Virus record (IMG/VR): IMGVR_UViG_3300030451_004451
DNA: 57,645 bases
Direction: 5' to 3' (one strand)
Origin: a virus
Below, piece after piece: positions 7,137 through 16,025 of the stretch (positions are counted from its first letter, which is position 1; each line of letters opens with the position of its first letter). The translations under genes were made by a program, and so were the position numbers. Below the pieces are notes generated by a model, which was not told where the DNA came from, searched no databases, and saw only the letters and a program-made list of their open reading frames with translations.

Positions 7137-7455
7137 AGTCTCTTTCGATTATCATCTCTAAATAATGAATTGCTTTCTGGATATCCTCTTTACCGTTTTT
7201 TAATTTATGTCTACAAACATACTTTATTACATTGCCCTCTGCAAATAGTAAGTTGTTTTCATTGATAAATTTTGAAGGTTGAATTTTAAAGTCTTTGTAA
7301 TGCTTGCCGCCTTTACTCCAGATGTTGTCTTCATCATCAACAGTTTCATAGAAACTTTTCCATAGATCGTTGAACTTTTCTAAATCTTCACTAGCAAATT
7401 GTTTACCAAATTTTTCAAAAAATTTTATTAATCGTAGTGAAATTTCGTCTTTCAT
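7129..7455 (-). CDS. DUF3310-like protein
   Basis: QPSKFINENNLLFAEGNVIKYVCRHKLKNGKEDIQKAIHYLEMII matches the GNxIKYxxRxxxKxGxEDLxKAxxYL signature as I remember it. Confidence 0.55.
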   Translation of the reverse strand: MKDEISLRLIKFFEKFGKQFASEDLEKFNDLWKSFYETVDDEDNIWSKGGKHYKDFKIQPSKFINENNLLFAEGNVIKYVCRHKLKNGKEDIQKAIHYLEMIIERDYD

Positions 7456-9083
7456 TTTTTCTCCTGCAAGTAAACCAAATAATCAGAACCAATTGGATAG
7501 TTATATTTATAGTCTGTGGATAAAATATGTAAAGTGTTTTTTGCCCTTGTCACGCCCGTATAGTAAACCCTTTTTTCATCTGATTTTTCGTCAACATTTT
7601 TATTCATGAACGCAGAAGGCCAATTAGTTTTTGAATATATTAACACATTATCAGCCTCACCACCTTTTACAGAATGTATAGTATCTATGATTATCTGCGG
7701 ATCCGTGTTTAATTGTCTAGTTCCATATCTTTGCAATAATCTTATAAAATATGTAACTTGTTCTGGTTTAAAGTTACGTTGTAATATCTCCCACCATGGT
7801 TTTTTCTTAGCTTCATCGGGCAAGTCTAAGCCACACCAATCTTTTAATCCTTCAAAATCATATTCTTGGTAGTCAGGCAGGTCACTCCAAAATTTATCAC
7901 GTCTGTAACTTAAATCCTTTATATCTCTTATGTACTTAAACATTATCTCGGCTTCTTTTTTATTTATTTTTTTACCTTTTGAAACCTTAGTCCAGGCTTT
8001 TATAGCCATCCATTGTGAGTTATCAAACGAACGACTACCTTTATTATCACCATAATACAAACCTGCATCTTTAGCACACATTCTAAGTTCGTTTACTGTT
8101 GTATTTACTCTACCTAAAATATACCAAGTGCCAGGCAGTTTACCTACTGGAACTTCATTGAAATTTAAATATCGAGTTACGACACCTTTTTTTTCTAACG
8201 CCTCATACTCTTTTTCTACGCTATCTAAAATACCACGTCTGATTATCTGTGAGAAATGATGAATAGCTTCTCCGAACCTTCTGGTTTTTCTTAGTATAAC
8301 TTTGCGCCCTGGAAAATAAGTGGTGAAATATTTAGGATCGGCTCCGTTCCATTTATAAATACCTTGATCATCATCACCGGCTAAGTAAATTCTTTTTACT
8401 CTTGAGCACATTTTGTATAACACCGACCATTGTAAAGGTGTGAAGTCTTGAGCTTCATCTAGTATCAAAACCTCCAGTGGGGGAAAGTCAACCTCATCAA
8501 TAGCTCGTTCGATCATGTCTGTAAAATCAATAAAGCTCTCTCTTTTGTAATTTTCATAAGTATCAATCTTTCTTAAAAAAATATCTAAGCTATCCCTTTT
8601 ATAAGATTCTCTTTTATATACAAGTTTTGGATCCGTCATCATGTTTCTGGCTTTGTCGTAAATACCAAGAGACCAATCTTTATATGTAAAATTATCATCT
8701 GATAAACGCGCGTCAGATGTTTTAATTATTCTAGCTTGTAAAGCATAATCAAGCATACAGTTCTTTGGGTCAAACACTTCTTCCTCAAAGTAACGTCTAC
8801 AATATTTGTGTAATGTTTTAAACCTTTGAAAGTCATCTTCTGTGTATTCTGTAAAAGTTGCAAGTGCTCTGTCTCGTGCTGTGTTCACAGCCTTGTTAGT
8901 AAAAGAAATAAAAGCAATATCCTTTGGGTGAATACCTTTTGCAAGATGTTTTTTTAAAACACGTTCTATGAGTGTGTAAGTCTTACCCGTACCAGGTGGA
9001 CCAAAAATTTTAATTGTTTTGTTGTGTATCAGCTTGTGCTTGTGCAGGTCTGAATTTTTCGTGGTAACTGTCATCCATTTCAC
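7452..9083 (-). CDS. UvrD/Rep-like superfamily 1 DNA helicase
   Basis: Walker A FGPPGTGKTYT, Walker B ILDEAQDF, LAGDDDQGIYKWNGADP, TRRFG, TIHSVKGGEADNV, YTGVTRAKNTLHIL. GTG 9083 or ATG 9074 start overlaps the prim-pol 3' end by 65-74 nt. Confidence 0.85.
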   Translation of the reverse strand: MKWMTVTTKNSDLHKHKLIHNKTIKIFGPPGTGKTYTLIERVLKKHLAKGIHPKDIAFISFTNKAVNTARDRALATFTEYTEDDFQRFKTLHKYCRRYFEEEVFDPKNCMLDYALQARIIKTSDARLSDDNFTYKDWSLGIYDKARNMMTDPKLVYKRESYKRDSLDIFLRKIDTYENYKRESFIDFTDMIERAIDEVDFPPLEVLILDEAQDFTPLQWSVLYKMCSRVKRIYLAGDDDQGIYKWNGADPKYFTTYFPGRKVILRKTRRFGEAIHHFSQIIRRGILDSVEKEYEALEKKGVVTRYLNFNEVPVGKLPGTWYILGRVNTTVNELRMCAKDAGLYYGDNKGSRSFDNSQWMAIKAWTKVSKGKKINKKEAEIMFKYIRDIKDLSYRRDKFWSDLPDYQEYDFEGLKDWCGLDLPDEAKKKPWWEILQRNFKPEQVTYFIRLLQRYGTRQLNTDPQIIIDTIHSVKGGEADNVLIYSKTNWPSAFMNKNVDEKSDEKRVYYTGVTRAKNTLHILSTDYKYNYPIGSDYLVYLQEKK

Positions 9084-10590
9084 TTTCGGTTTTGCTTGTT
9101 TTTGGTTTTATCGCTTGATGGTTTACGAACTCTGGCATTTCTACTGACCAAACATTTTTTTCACCCTCATGATAATCTTTTCTTCTACAACCTAATAAAC
9201 GCAAAGCATCTGCTGTTGTATTAAATATTTTACCAGCATTCTTTTTTATAAATTTATCAAGTGTAAGTTTTTTAAAATAACATGTGTTCGTTTTACTATC
9301 TAAAACAACATACCCATCCTTAAGTTTATCATATTTATCTTGTTCAATGTGTGATTCAAAAAAGTTTTTTAAGACAGAATATCTTTCTTCTTCAAGAGTG
9401 TCCGCATATATATGCTCTTGGCTTTCCTCAGCTTTTTCGACAATAGACTTCATAAGTAGTTCAAAAGGGCTAGGGCCTTTTCTTGGTTTAGGTAATGTCA
9501 ACCAATACACACGATGTCTTAACAATCGCACTCTAAAAGATTTTTCATCTTTCATATCATCTGGAGTGACAGTAATGTGTTGACCTTTATAATCAAACTC
9601 ATACCATATATTTTTTGTATCCTGAATGTATCTAATGTTATCAAAACTATCAATAATATCAGGGACCGCATCACCAATACCTAAACTTCTTGACTTACAT
9701 AAATCTTTGTTACAAATCGGTTGATACTCAGGATGTTTCGGTGGACATTGGAATTGATAGCTGCCTTTTGACACAGACTTTGCTAGCGCAATAACTTCTG
9801 ATGCTGGTAATGGTTTTGTGAATATTTGATTGTTCCTATTTATGGCAATATTTTCAAGCTGCTGCACAGATAAAGATGAGTCTTTTTTTAATTCCAAAAC
9901 TAATACATTAAATAAAAAATTATTTCTATTATTACCACTCCAACCCTCTTGTATTAATTTTTGAACACATGGAGGATAATTGTTCCACTGCGACTCAGCC
10001 TCATATTCTTGAACTTTTAAACCATAAAAATCTTGTGGAGCTAACATTTTTTCCATTGCCAGCTCGTAAAATCTACCTACCAATACAGGTGTATTGTTGT
10101 CATCGAAGGCATACTCCATTGTAGCTGTCTCATTATGATAAGGCATATTCACTGCTTTATTACATGGAAAAACCTCTTGTGCTAAAAAATACTGTTGGTT
10201 TATTTCAGATAATTTTTTAACAACCTTATCGACATCCGCGAAATCACTAAAGAATACAAATATATGTAAACCTCCTGATTTTGACTTAACAGGCACAAAA
10301 GGTAATTTATATTTTTTAATAATTTCTACATACTTTTTTTCTGAATAATCTTTATAGTTATTTGGATCAACATCAATGCAACCCCATTTACATTTACCGT
10401 CTTTTTCGGGTCTTAAACCTAAACGTAATGAACCATTAAGATGCTTACGCCATAGGTCGCTGGTCACTGGTTCGTGTTTCGTGACATAGTTAGCTGACTT
10501 CTTGCCTCTTTCATCGCCCTCACCTGTAAGTGAGGACGATAAAAATTGAGTAGTGTCACCTTTAAATAAATTAAAGAGCTTATCTTCCAT
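9010..10590 (-). CDS. primase-polymerase (AEP superfamily prim-pol)
   Basis: WGCIDVDPN (DxD metal site) and KSKSGGLHIFVFF (sGxGxH motif) in the N-terminal ~130 aa; large C-terminal extension without a P-loop. Confidence 0.65.
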   Translation of the reverse strand: MEDKLFNLFKGDTTQFLSSSLTGEGDERGKKSANYVTKHEPVTSDLWRKHLNGSLRLGLRPEKDGKCKWGCIDVDPNNYKDYSEKKYVEIIKKYKLPFVPVKSKSGGLHIFVFFSDFADVDKVVKKLSEINQQYFLAQEVFPCNKAVNMPYHNETATMEYAFDDNNTPVLVGRFYELAMEKMLAPQDFYGLKVQEYEAESQWNNYPPCVQKLIQEGWSGNNRNNFLFNVLVLELKKDSSLSVQQLENIAINRNNQIFTKPLPASEVIALAKSVSKGSYQFQCPPKHPEYQPICNKDLCKSRSLGIGDAVPDIIDSFDNIRYIQDTKNIWYEFDYKGQHITVTPDDMKDEKSFRVRLLRHRVYWLTLPKPRKGPSPFELLMKSIVEKAEESQEHIYADTLEEERYSVLKNFFESHIEQDKYDKLKDGYVVLDSKTNTCYFKKLTLDKFIKKNAGKIFNTTADALRLLGCRRKDYHEGEKNVWSVEMPEFVNHQAIKPKTSKTESEMDDSYHEKFRPAQAQADTQQNN

Positions 10591-11390
10591 TAGAAAGGTA
10601 CATCTCCACTTTTTTCTTTAGGCGATTCGTTCATAGCATTCTCTTGACCAAAGTCAACTTTACCAAAAATTTCGGAGGATTTGGCACCCTCATAAAAATC
10701 TCTAGTAACTTTTAACGTATTGTCATGTTCCGCTATAATTTTATCAAACTCAAGAACCCAACCATACCAAGAATTCTGTGAATTAGATTCTTTGGTAGTT
10801 GTAAGTCTATACGTTGTAGCCCAAGAAGGCGGAGTGAAAAAACCATTTTTACCCTGCATCCTTCTTGATTGAATCATAGAATTCCACAGTTTTGATTTTT
10901 TCTTTTGTGTAGATTTCATAGTAATTAAAGCACTCTCGATAGGCACATAATCTTTATTTACAATATAAACAAAGTGGTTACCAGTATCTTCAATGTAATT
11001 ACCATTTTCAAGTCTATCTTTACCATCATCACCACGTGATGTTTGACGTAGTATTGATGGGTCAGTGTGAATTGCAATTGGTCTGCCAGGAGAATCACCC
11101 CTGTCTTTCCATTCATTAAAGGTGTTAATATATAAACATGGTACCACTAAAATACCATCTTTACCCTTGTACAATGATCCAGTGATTTCATTGTAGATAT
11201 CACCTTGTCTTGCTTTTTCATTAAACTTACCATCACTTTCGTCAAGCACTGGTGAGTTTGCATAAAGAATTTTAAGTATAGGCAGCTTAGTATCACGCGC
11301 TGTGATATTTTCAGCACCTTGACCTGCAAATTCTTCTAATGCAGATGCAGTTTGTACTGCGTTTTCTTTTTTAGTTGCGACTTGATTCAT
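10590..11390 (-). CDS. hypothetical replication/recombination protein, possible ssDNA-binding protein
   Basis: 266 aa between prim-pol and the early promoter; the C-terminus ...KEKSGDVPF mimics the acidic D-(I/V)-P-F tip of bacterial SSB. No fold evidence from sequence alone. Confidence 0.35.
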   Translation of the reverse strand: MNQVATKKENAVQTASALEEFAGQGAENITARDTKLPILKILYANSPVLDESDGKFNEKARQGDIYNEITGSLYKGKDGILVVPCLYINTFNEWKDRGDSPGRPIAIHTDPSILRQTSRGDDGKDRLENGNYIEDTGNHFVYIVNKDYVPIESALITMKSTQKKKSKLWNSMIQSRRMQGKNGFFTPPSWATTYRLTTTKESNSQNSWYGWVLEFDKIIAEHDNTLKVTRDFYEGAKSSEIFGKVDFGQENAMNESPKEKSGDVPF

Positions 11391-11392
11391 AT

Positions 11393-11938
11393 TTATTTTT
11401 CTCCTTTTATATTTGTCTTGTTAGCAACATATACCCCAAAAAGATCCATAGGTAAGTTATGACCATTCTGAATTTGTTCTTTTACAAACGCTTTCAAAGT
11501 CATAGGTTCTACTTTTTCTTTTTGAGTTACATTATGTCCTGCTTCTTTTAGATCATGAAATACACTACTAGCTGCATTGTCTTCTGATTTACCAAAAGTA
11601 ACAGTGACATTATTTTTAATGATATCCCCATATCCATTATCACGAAGCCATGTAAAAGCCTCATCTTGTTTAGATACAGGAATTTTTGCTGTATAAAAAG
11701 GCTTTACCTCAACAGATGAACCATCCGCTAATTTAAGCATTGATATGCCAGCTTTTTGCATTAAGTTTGGAATTTCTTGTTCAGAAAGCAAACGTTCTTC
11801 TTCATGAAGTTTCTTAAGATGATCTTCACATTTTTTAGTTTGTTCCTGAAGCTCCAATAACTTATTGCAAGATTGTGCGATGTCATTAGTGACACCAGTG
11901 TCTACCTTGATACGGGTAGATTCTGCTTCTAAGTCCAT
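11393..11938 (-). CDS. hypothetical protein (first gene of the replication block)
   Basis: 181 aa, N-terminal coiled coil, strong SD aaAGGAGGtcctATG. Confidence 0.6.
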   Translation of the reverse strand: MDLEAESTRIKVDTGVTNDIAQSCNKLLELQEQTKKCEDHLKKLHEEERLLSEQEIPNLMQKAGISMLKLADGSSVEVKPFYTAKIPVSKQDEAFTWLRDNGYGDIIKNNVTVTFGKSEDNAASSVFHDLKEAGHNVTQKEKVEPMTLKAFVKEQIQNGHNLPMDLFGVYVANKTNIKGEK

Positions 11939-11961
11939 AGGACCTCCTTTCTACACTATCT

Positions 11962-11989
11962 TTTATAAATATTTTATTTGACTTGTCAA
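11962..11989 (-). promoter_or_regulatory. sigma70-type promoter of the replication block
   Basis: Minus strand: TTGACA (11989-11984) -N16- TATAAA (11967-11962). The -35 is one arm of the palindrome TTTGACTTGTCAAA (11977-11990). Confidence 0.6.
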
Positions 11990-12005
11990 ACTTTTTTTAT
12001 ATTAT
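11978..12005 (+). promoter_or_regulatory. sigma70-type promoter of the SNF2 gene
   Basis: TTGACT (11978-11983) -N16- TATTAT (12000-12005); only 8 nt (gttaggag) separate the -10 from ATG 12014. Confidence 0.6.
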
Positions 12006-12013
12006 GTTAGGAG

Positions 12014-13420
12014 ATGGCGTATCAATATAAAACAAATCCTTATGAACATCAAAGACAAGCCCTAATAAAAGGTGCTGATAAACACTTGTATGCATACTTT
12101 ATGGAAATGGGTACAGGTAAAACAAAAGTAAGTATAGATAATGCCTGTTATCTTTATAAAGAAAATAAAATTAATGTCGTTTTGGTAGTGGCACCAAACT
12201 CGGTTTATCGTAATTGGCAGGACGAAATAAACACTCATAGTCCTGTCGACACAGCCATACACATCCATAAAGTAAACAAAAAATTTGTAAGAGAATCAAA
12301 CAAACTAACATTCTTTTTAATAAATATAGAAGCATTTTCTCGCACCTCAGGCATCAAAGCCGTTCAAGATATTATTGATGAGTATCATGATACCATGATG
12401 GTGATAGTGGACGAAGCTACCACTATTAAAAACAGATCAGCCAAAAGAACAAAAGCTCTTACAAAAATTTGTAAACCAATTGCTTTTAAAAGAATTTTAA
12501 CAGGATCGCCGGTAACAAAGTCTCCGCTTGATTTGTTTAGTCAGTGTAATTTTCTTAATCCAGAACTCTTAGGATATTCAAACTACTATGCTTTTAGAGC
12601 ACGTTTTTGTGTTATGAAAACTATAGGTGTGGGTGGTACTGGTAGACAGATATCTTTACCTTTATATTTTCATAATTTAGATGAGCTAGAAAAAAAATTG
12701 AAAAGTTTTTCTTTTCGTGTTAAAAAAAAAGAGTGCCTTGATTTACCAGATAAAGTTTATACAAAAAGATATGTTGATCTAAAAGGTGATCAAAAACAAG
12801 CTTACGATAGTTTGAAATTATACGCGCGTACAATATTTGAAGACCAAGAAGCGTCTTACACAAACAAATTAACAGAAATTATTAAGTTGCATCAAGTGTG
12901 CTGTGGCTATGTCGTATCCGATGAAGGTGTAAAAAAGGAATTAAGTAACCCAAAACTTGACGAACTTATAAATATTATAGAAGAGACAGATGGAAAAATT
13001 ATAATTTGGGCTAACTATGTACACAGTCTTGAAACAATTATAAAACTACTTCAGGATAAATATGGATCAATGTCTGTAGTTTCTATTTATGGAGATGTGC
13101 CGGTTGAGGCTCGTAGCTCAGCTGTTAAAAACTTTCAAGAAAACAAAAACGTTAGATTTTTTGTAGGTAATCCAGTCACAGGTGGCTATGGTCTTAATCT
13201 AACAAAAGCCAGCACAGTGATTTATTATAGCAATAGTTATGATTTAGAAGTAAGACAGCAATCTGAAGATCGTGCTCACAGAATAGGGCAGAAAAATAAT
13301 GTTACATATATTGATTTAATAGTGAGAAATACAATAGATGAATTTATTATCAAGGCTCTTAACAAAAAAATTAAAATAAGTGCTCAAACGTTAGGTGAAG
13401 AAGTATTAGAATTTTTATAA
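12014..13420 (+). CDS. SNF2-family (DEAD/H-like) helicase/ATPase
   Basis: MEMGTGKT (motif I), VDEATTIKN (motif II), LTGSPVTKSPLDLFSQCNFL (III), QSEDRAHRIGQKN (VI). Confidence 0.9.
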   Translation: MAYQYKTNPYEHQRQALIKGADKHLYAYFMEMGTGKTKVSIDNACYLYKENKINVVLVVAPNSVYRNWQDEINTHSPVDTAIHIHKVNKKFVRESNKLTFFLINIEAFSRTSGIKAVQDIIDEYHDTMMVIVDEATTIKNRSAKRTKALTKICKPIAFKRILTGSPVTKSPLDLFSQCNFLNPELLGYSNYYAFRARFCVMKTIGVGGTGRQISLPLYFHNLDELEKKLKSFSFRVKKKECLDLPDKVYTKRYVDLKGDQKQAYDSLKLYARTIFEDQEASYTNKLTEIIKLHQVCCGYVVSDEGVKKELSNPKLDELINIIEETDGKIIIWANYVHSLETIIKLLQDKYGSMSVVSIYGDVPVEARSSAVKNFQENKNVRFFVGNPVTGGYGLNLTKASTVIYYSNSYDLEVRQQSEDRAHRIGQKNNVTYIDLIVRNTIDEFIIKALNKKIKISAQTLGEEVLEFL

Positions 13421-13491
13421 AAAAAACTTGCATTAAATAAATAAACTATTATTATAAACACTTGCGACAGGCTTATCTCAATAAGCAAAAA

Positions 13492-13525
13492 GGGGATTTG
13501 TTTTATTTCAAATCCCCTTTTTTTT
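13492..13525. terminator. bidirectional rho-independent terminator between convergent SNF2 and exonuclease genes
   Basis: GGGGATTTG (13492-13500) loop ttttattt CAAATCCCC (13509-13517) then T8; A5 on the other side serves the minus strand. The stem overlaps the exonuclease stop codon. Confidence 0.75.
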
Positions 13526-14224
13526 GTAATATCTTTCTACCCTGGCCATCCATTTATCTTCATATTCAGATAACATATTTGCATTCATCTTAAACTGTTG
13601 ATATTGCAAGTCTTTTGTGCATATACAAATTAAACCTTGTTCAATAGGACCAAAATTTAATTTATGAGCTAATGAATACGCCGCTATCTGATAATAATAA
13701 TCTTCAATCCATTCCTCTCTTTTTGGTTTATTAGCTTGTTTGAAATCAACAATCGTAGATTTGTCATCATACACACCGACTACATCTGTCATGCCTGCCC
13801 ATTTATCTTTGTAAAACAAACTTACTTCTGTACCATATACCTGACTGAATTGGTCAAGATTAGAAACTATCGTATGTGCCATCATACGAGGTAAAGCACC
13901 CTCTTTTGATAGGTTAATATATCCTATTCCATTTAAATATTGTTCTAGGACATAATGCATTTCTGTGCCTCTTTTGGATGCCTGAGCCGTGATCCGTGCA
14001 GCTTCTTGATATCCTACACGTTCTCTCCATGCATCAAGCGATCTTCTTTTTTCTTCGCTTTGTGTTTTGTTTAGAATAGTTGTGACAGATGGTATTTTAA
14101 ACTCACCGACATTGTAAGTTCTACCTGATTCTTCATCATTTCTTGAATATTCTTTGTAGCTGTACTTTTTATTTATAGTAAAGCCGGATACTTCAAACTG
14201 TTTATTCTTCTTCGTTATCTGCAT
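13508..14224 (-). CDS. PD-(D/E)XK (RecB/Cas4-like) exonuclease (start trimmed to ATG 14224)
   Basis: SVTTILNK..., GTEMHYVLEQYL, GMTDVVGVYDDKSTIVDFKQ (D...D/ExK), YYYQIAAYSLAH (QxxxY). The track start 14278 would overlap the upstream ORF by 77 nt. Confidence 0.65.
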   Translation of the reverse strand: MQITKKNKQFEVSGFTINKKYSYKEYSRNDEESGRTYNVGEFKIPSVTTILNKTQSEEKRRSLDAWRERVGYQEAARITAQASKRGTEMHYVLEQYLNGIGYINLSKEGALPRMMAHTIVSNLDQFSQVYGTEVSLFYKDKWAGMTDVVGVYDDKSTIVDFKQANKPKREEWIEDYYYQIAAYSLAHKLNFGPIEQGLICICTKDLQYQQFKMNANMLSEYEDKWMARVERYYKKKGI

Positions 14225-14879
14225 ACAGATTATTAAAAGTAGTTTCCCAATCCATATAGCTATCGTGTCCTTCAGCACTGTGAGTCCATTGACTCGGTAT
14301 AAAATCAGGGGCTCCTTTACCTGTGACCCACATAGCTGGTGATGTAACTCTTACTCTATTATTAGGTAAAGCTACAATACAGCCCTTCCATGGACCACTT
14401 GTTAGTTCAATGACGTGTGATTGTTTGTGTTGAGCAGGATCATCAGCTATTTCTGATCCAGTATAATCAACAGTAAAATAATATTTGCCAGTATAAAATT
14501 CTCCATCTATTTTACATTGCCATGGACTGCTTGAAGTTCTATCAAATTTTATTACCTCAAAGTTACGTGCTGAACAATCCCATGGTTGTGCCAGATGAGT
14601 TTGAAGGGGAGGAGGAAAAGTATCCAAAGGTTCATCTGCCACAAGAGCCGTGATAGGCATCCGTGCCCACATTGCTCCACCATGTGGATTTTCAAGTCTA
14701 TTCTCTTCGTCTTCACAGCCTGTGAAAATGACCTGAAAACTTAAACATCTATCAGGAATACTGGTGACAGCACATGCAAGTGCATGAATGTACTCGCCCT
14801 GATATTTTCTGTGATTGTGTGTAAATTCTTTTCTTACCCATACCTTAAAATAGGGTATGTTTTTAATAAGATATGCCAT
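14202..14879 (-). CDS. hypothetical protein
   Basis: 225-aa ORF with normal composition; no motif recognised. Confidence 0.6.
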   Translation of the reverse strand: MAYLIKNIPYFKVWVRKEFTHNHRKYQGEYIHALACAVTSIPDRCLSFQVIFTGCEDEENRLENPHGGAMWARMPITALVADEPLDTFPPPLQTHLAQPWDCSARNFEVIKFDRTSSSPWQCKIDGEFYTGKYYFTVDYTGSEIADDPAQHKQSHVIELTSGPWKGCIVALPNNRVRVTSPAMWVTGKGAPDFIPSQWTHSAEGHDSYMDWETTFNNLYADNEEE

Positions 14880-14917
14880 ACCCCATAATAAGTGTTACTA
14901 GCCGTAAAGCAAGAAGT

Positions 14918-15250
14918 TTATGATTTTTTCTTTTTTAGACCACCTAAATTTTTTCTTCTTTTCATAAAAGAGCTATCTTCCATTTTGACTAACTTGTAGC
15001 CTTTTTCCTTCGCAGCTGATCTCATAGCTGCCATACCCATAGAAGCTGTCATAACTTTTTTAGCTCCACCTTTAGCATAGCCTTTTGCCATTTTGCCACC
15101 CATAGCTTTCATCATTTTAGCTCCGCCTTTAGCGTAACCTTTGGACTTCATCATTTTTCCGCCCATAGCTTTCATCATTTTACCTGATTTAGCTTTCATC
15201 ATTTTAGCTCCGCCTTTGGCATAGCCTTTAGATTTCATACCTTTTTTCAT
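14918..15250 (-). CDS. lysine/glycine/methionine-rich tandem-repeat protein
   Basis: MKKGMKSKGYAKGGAKMMKAKSGKMMKAMGGKMMKSKGYAKGGAKMMKAMGGKMAKGYAKGGAKK...; three KGYAKGGAK units; SD aaGGAGataataATG. Confidence 0.6.
   Translation of the reverse strand: MKKGMKSKGYAKGGAKMMKAKSGKMMKAMGGKMMKSKGYAKGGAKMMKAMGGKMAKGYAKGGAKKVMTASMGMAAMRSAAKEKGYKLVKMEDSSFMKRRKNLGGLKKKKS
15060..15229. repeat. three copies of a 26-nt coding repeat TTAGCTCCRCCTTTRGCRTARCCTTT
   Basis: Copies start at 15060, 15117 and 15204; they encode the KGYAKGGAK units on the minus strand. Confidence 0.85.
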
Positions 15251-15384
15251 TATTATCTCCTTATAAGGTTTATTAGTTAACTAGATGTATTTTAGTGCTT
15301 TTTAGCCAGGTAGTAAAGGTCATCTTATATAAAAGATACGCGCTGACGGCTCTTAAAATCGGTCGTTTTTTCCCAGATTTAAGC

Positions 15385-15816
15385 CTAATTTAGCATCATT
15401 ATCAAAAATCCAGCAAACCCTATTAAAGTCAATGCAAGTAAAGCATACGAACAATTTATCATAAATTGTCTCTTTTGAGCCTTACGTTTTGCCTCTGCTG
15501 CTAGTTTCTTTTTTCTAATGTCTGTCCTAATAGCAACGAATTCACTCCAAGCACCTGGAGCTCCATGCCATGTAAAAATTTCTCTTAATTGATTTTCCAT
15601 ATCATGAACTTGTTTCAAAGCAAAATATGTATGCAAGGCTTCTTCATTTGAAGATGTAAACCATTTGCTTTTTTCTTTTTTATGTTCTTCTTCAACATCA
15701 CTCATTTGTTTAACAAATTTTATGATGTGACCAGAAAGGCTGTTTAATTCCTTCCCGACTTCTATTCCAGATTTAATAGCCCCAAAAGCGGCTGTTGCGA
15801 TACTTATTGGATCCAT
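15385..15816 (-). CDS. C-terminally membrane-anchored protein (start trimmed to ATG 15816)
   Basis: MDPISIATAAFGAIKSGIEVGKEL... ending in the TM segment CSYALLALTLIGFAGFLIMML. Confidence 0.5.
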   Translation of the reverse strand: MDPISIATAAFGAIKSGIEVGKELNSLSGHIIKFVKQMSDVEEEHKKEKSKWFTSSNEEALHTYFALKQVHDMENQLREIFTWHGAPGAWSEFVAIRTDIRKKKLAAEAKRKAQKRQFMINCSYALLALTLIGFAGFLIMMLN

Positions 15817-16025
15817 GCCACAAGTCCTATTATTGTAATGATTATAGTGAGCATACCACTCATTAACCAAAATAACAACTTGTCTACTTTTTCACCAAGC
15901 TTATCAATGTCTTCGTGAATGTGTGTCAAATGATTCTCTTTGATTGTTCTTACATCTTTTTTAACACCTTCAATGTGTCCATACAAAGATATAATATGTT
16001 CTTTAGTTGTTCTTGGTTCAGGCAT
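15804..16025 (-). CDS. small C-terminally anchored membrane protein
   Basis: 73 aa, C-terminal TM LLFWLMSGMLTIIITIIGLVAWI; start overlaps the stop of the 1044-aa ORF. Confidence 0.5.
   Translation of the reverse strand: MPEPRTTKEHIISLYGHIEGVKKDVRTIKENHLTHIHEDIDKLGEKVDKLLFWLMSGMLTIIITIIGLVAWIQ

Noticed and set aside
7370-9583. Plus-strand ORFs 7370-7609, 7606-7872 and 9284-9583
   Set aside because: They lie entirely inside, and antisense to, motif-bearing helicase, DUF3310 and prim-pol genes. Leu/Ser/Phe-rich translations are typical of antisense frames in AT-rich DNA.
11147-11329. Nested same-strand alternative-frame ORFs (11147-11329, 16054-16242, 24039-24260, 25959-26147, 28410-28592, 41965-42150, 42943-43125, 56144-56359)
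   Set aside because: Each is fully embedded in a longer ORF with better motif or context support, and none has its own SD.
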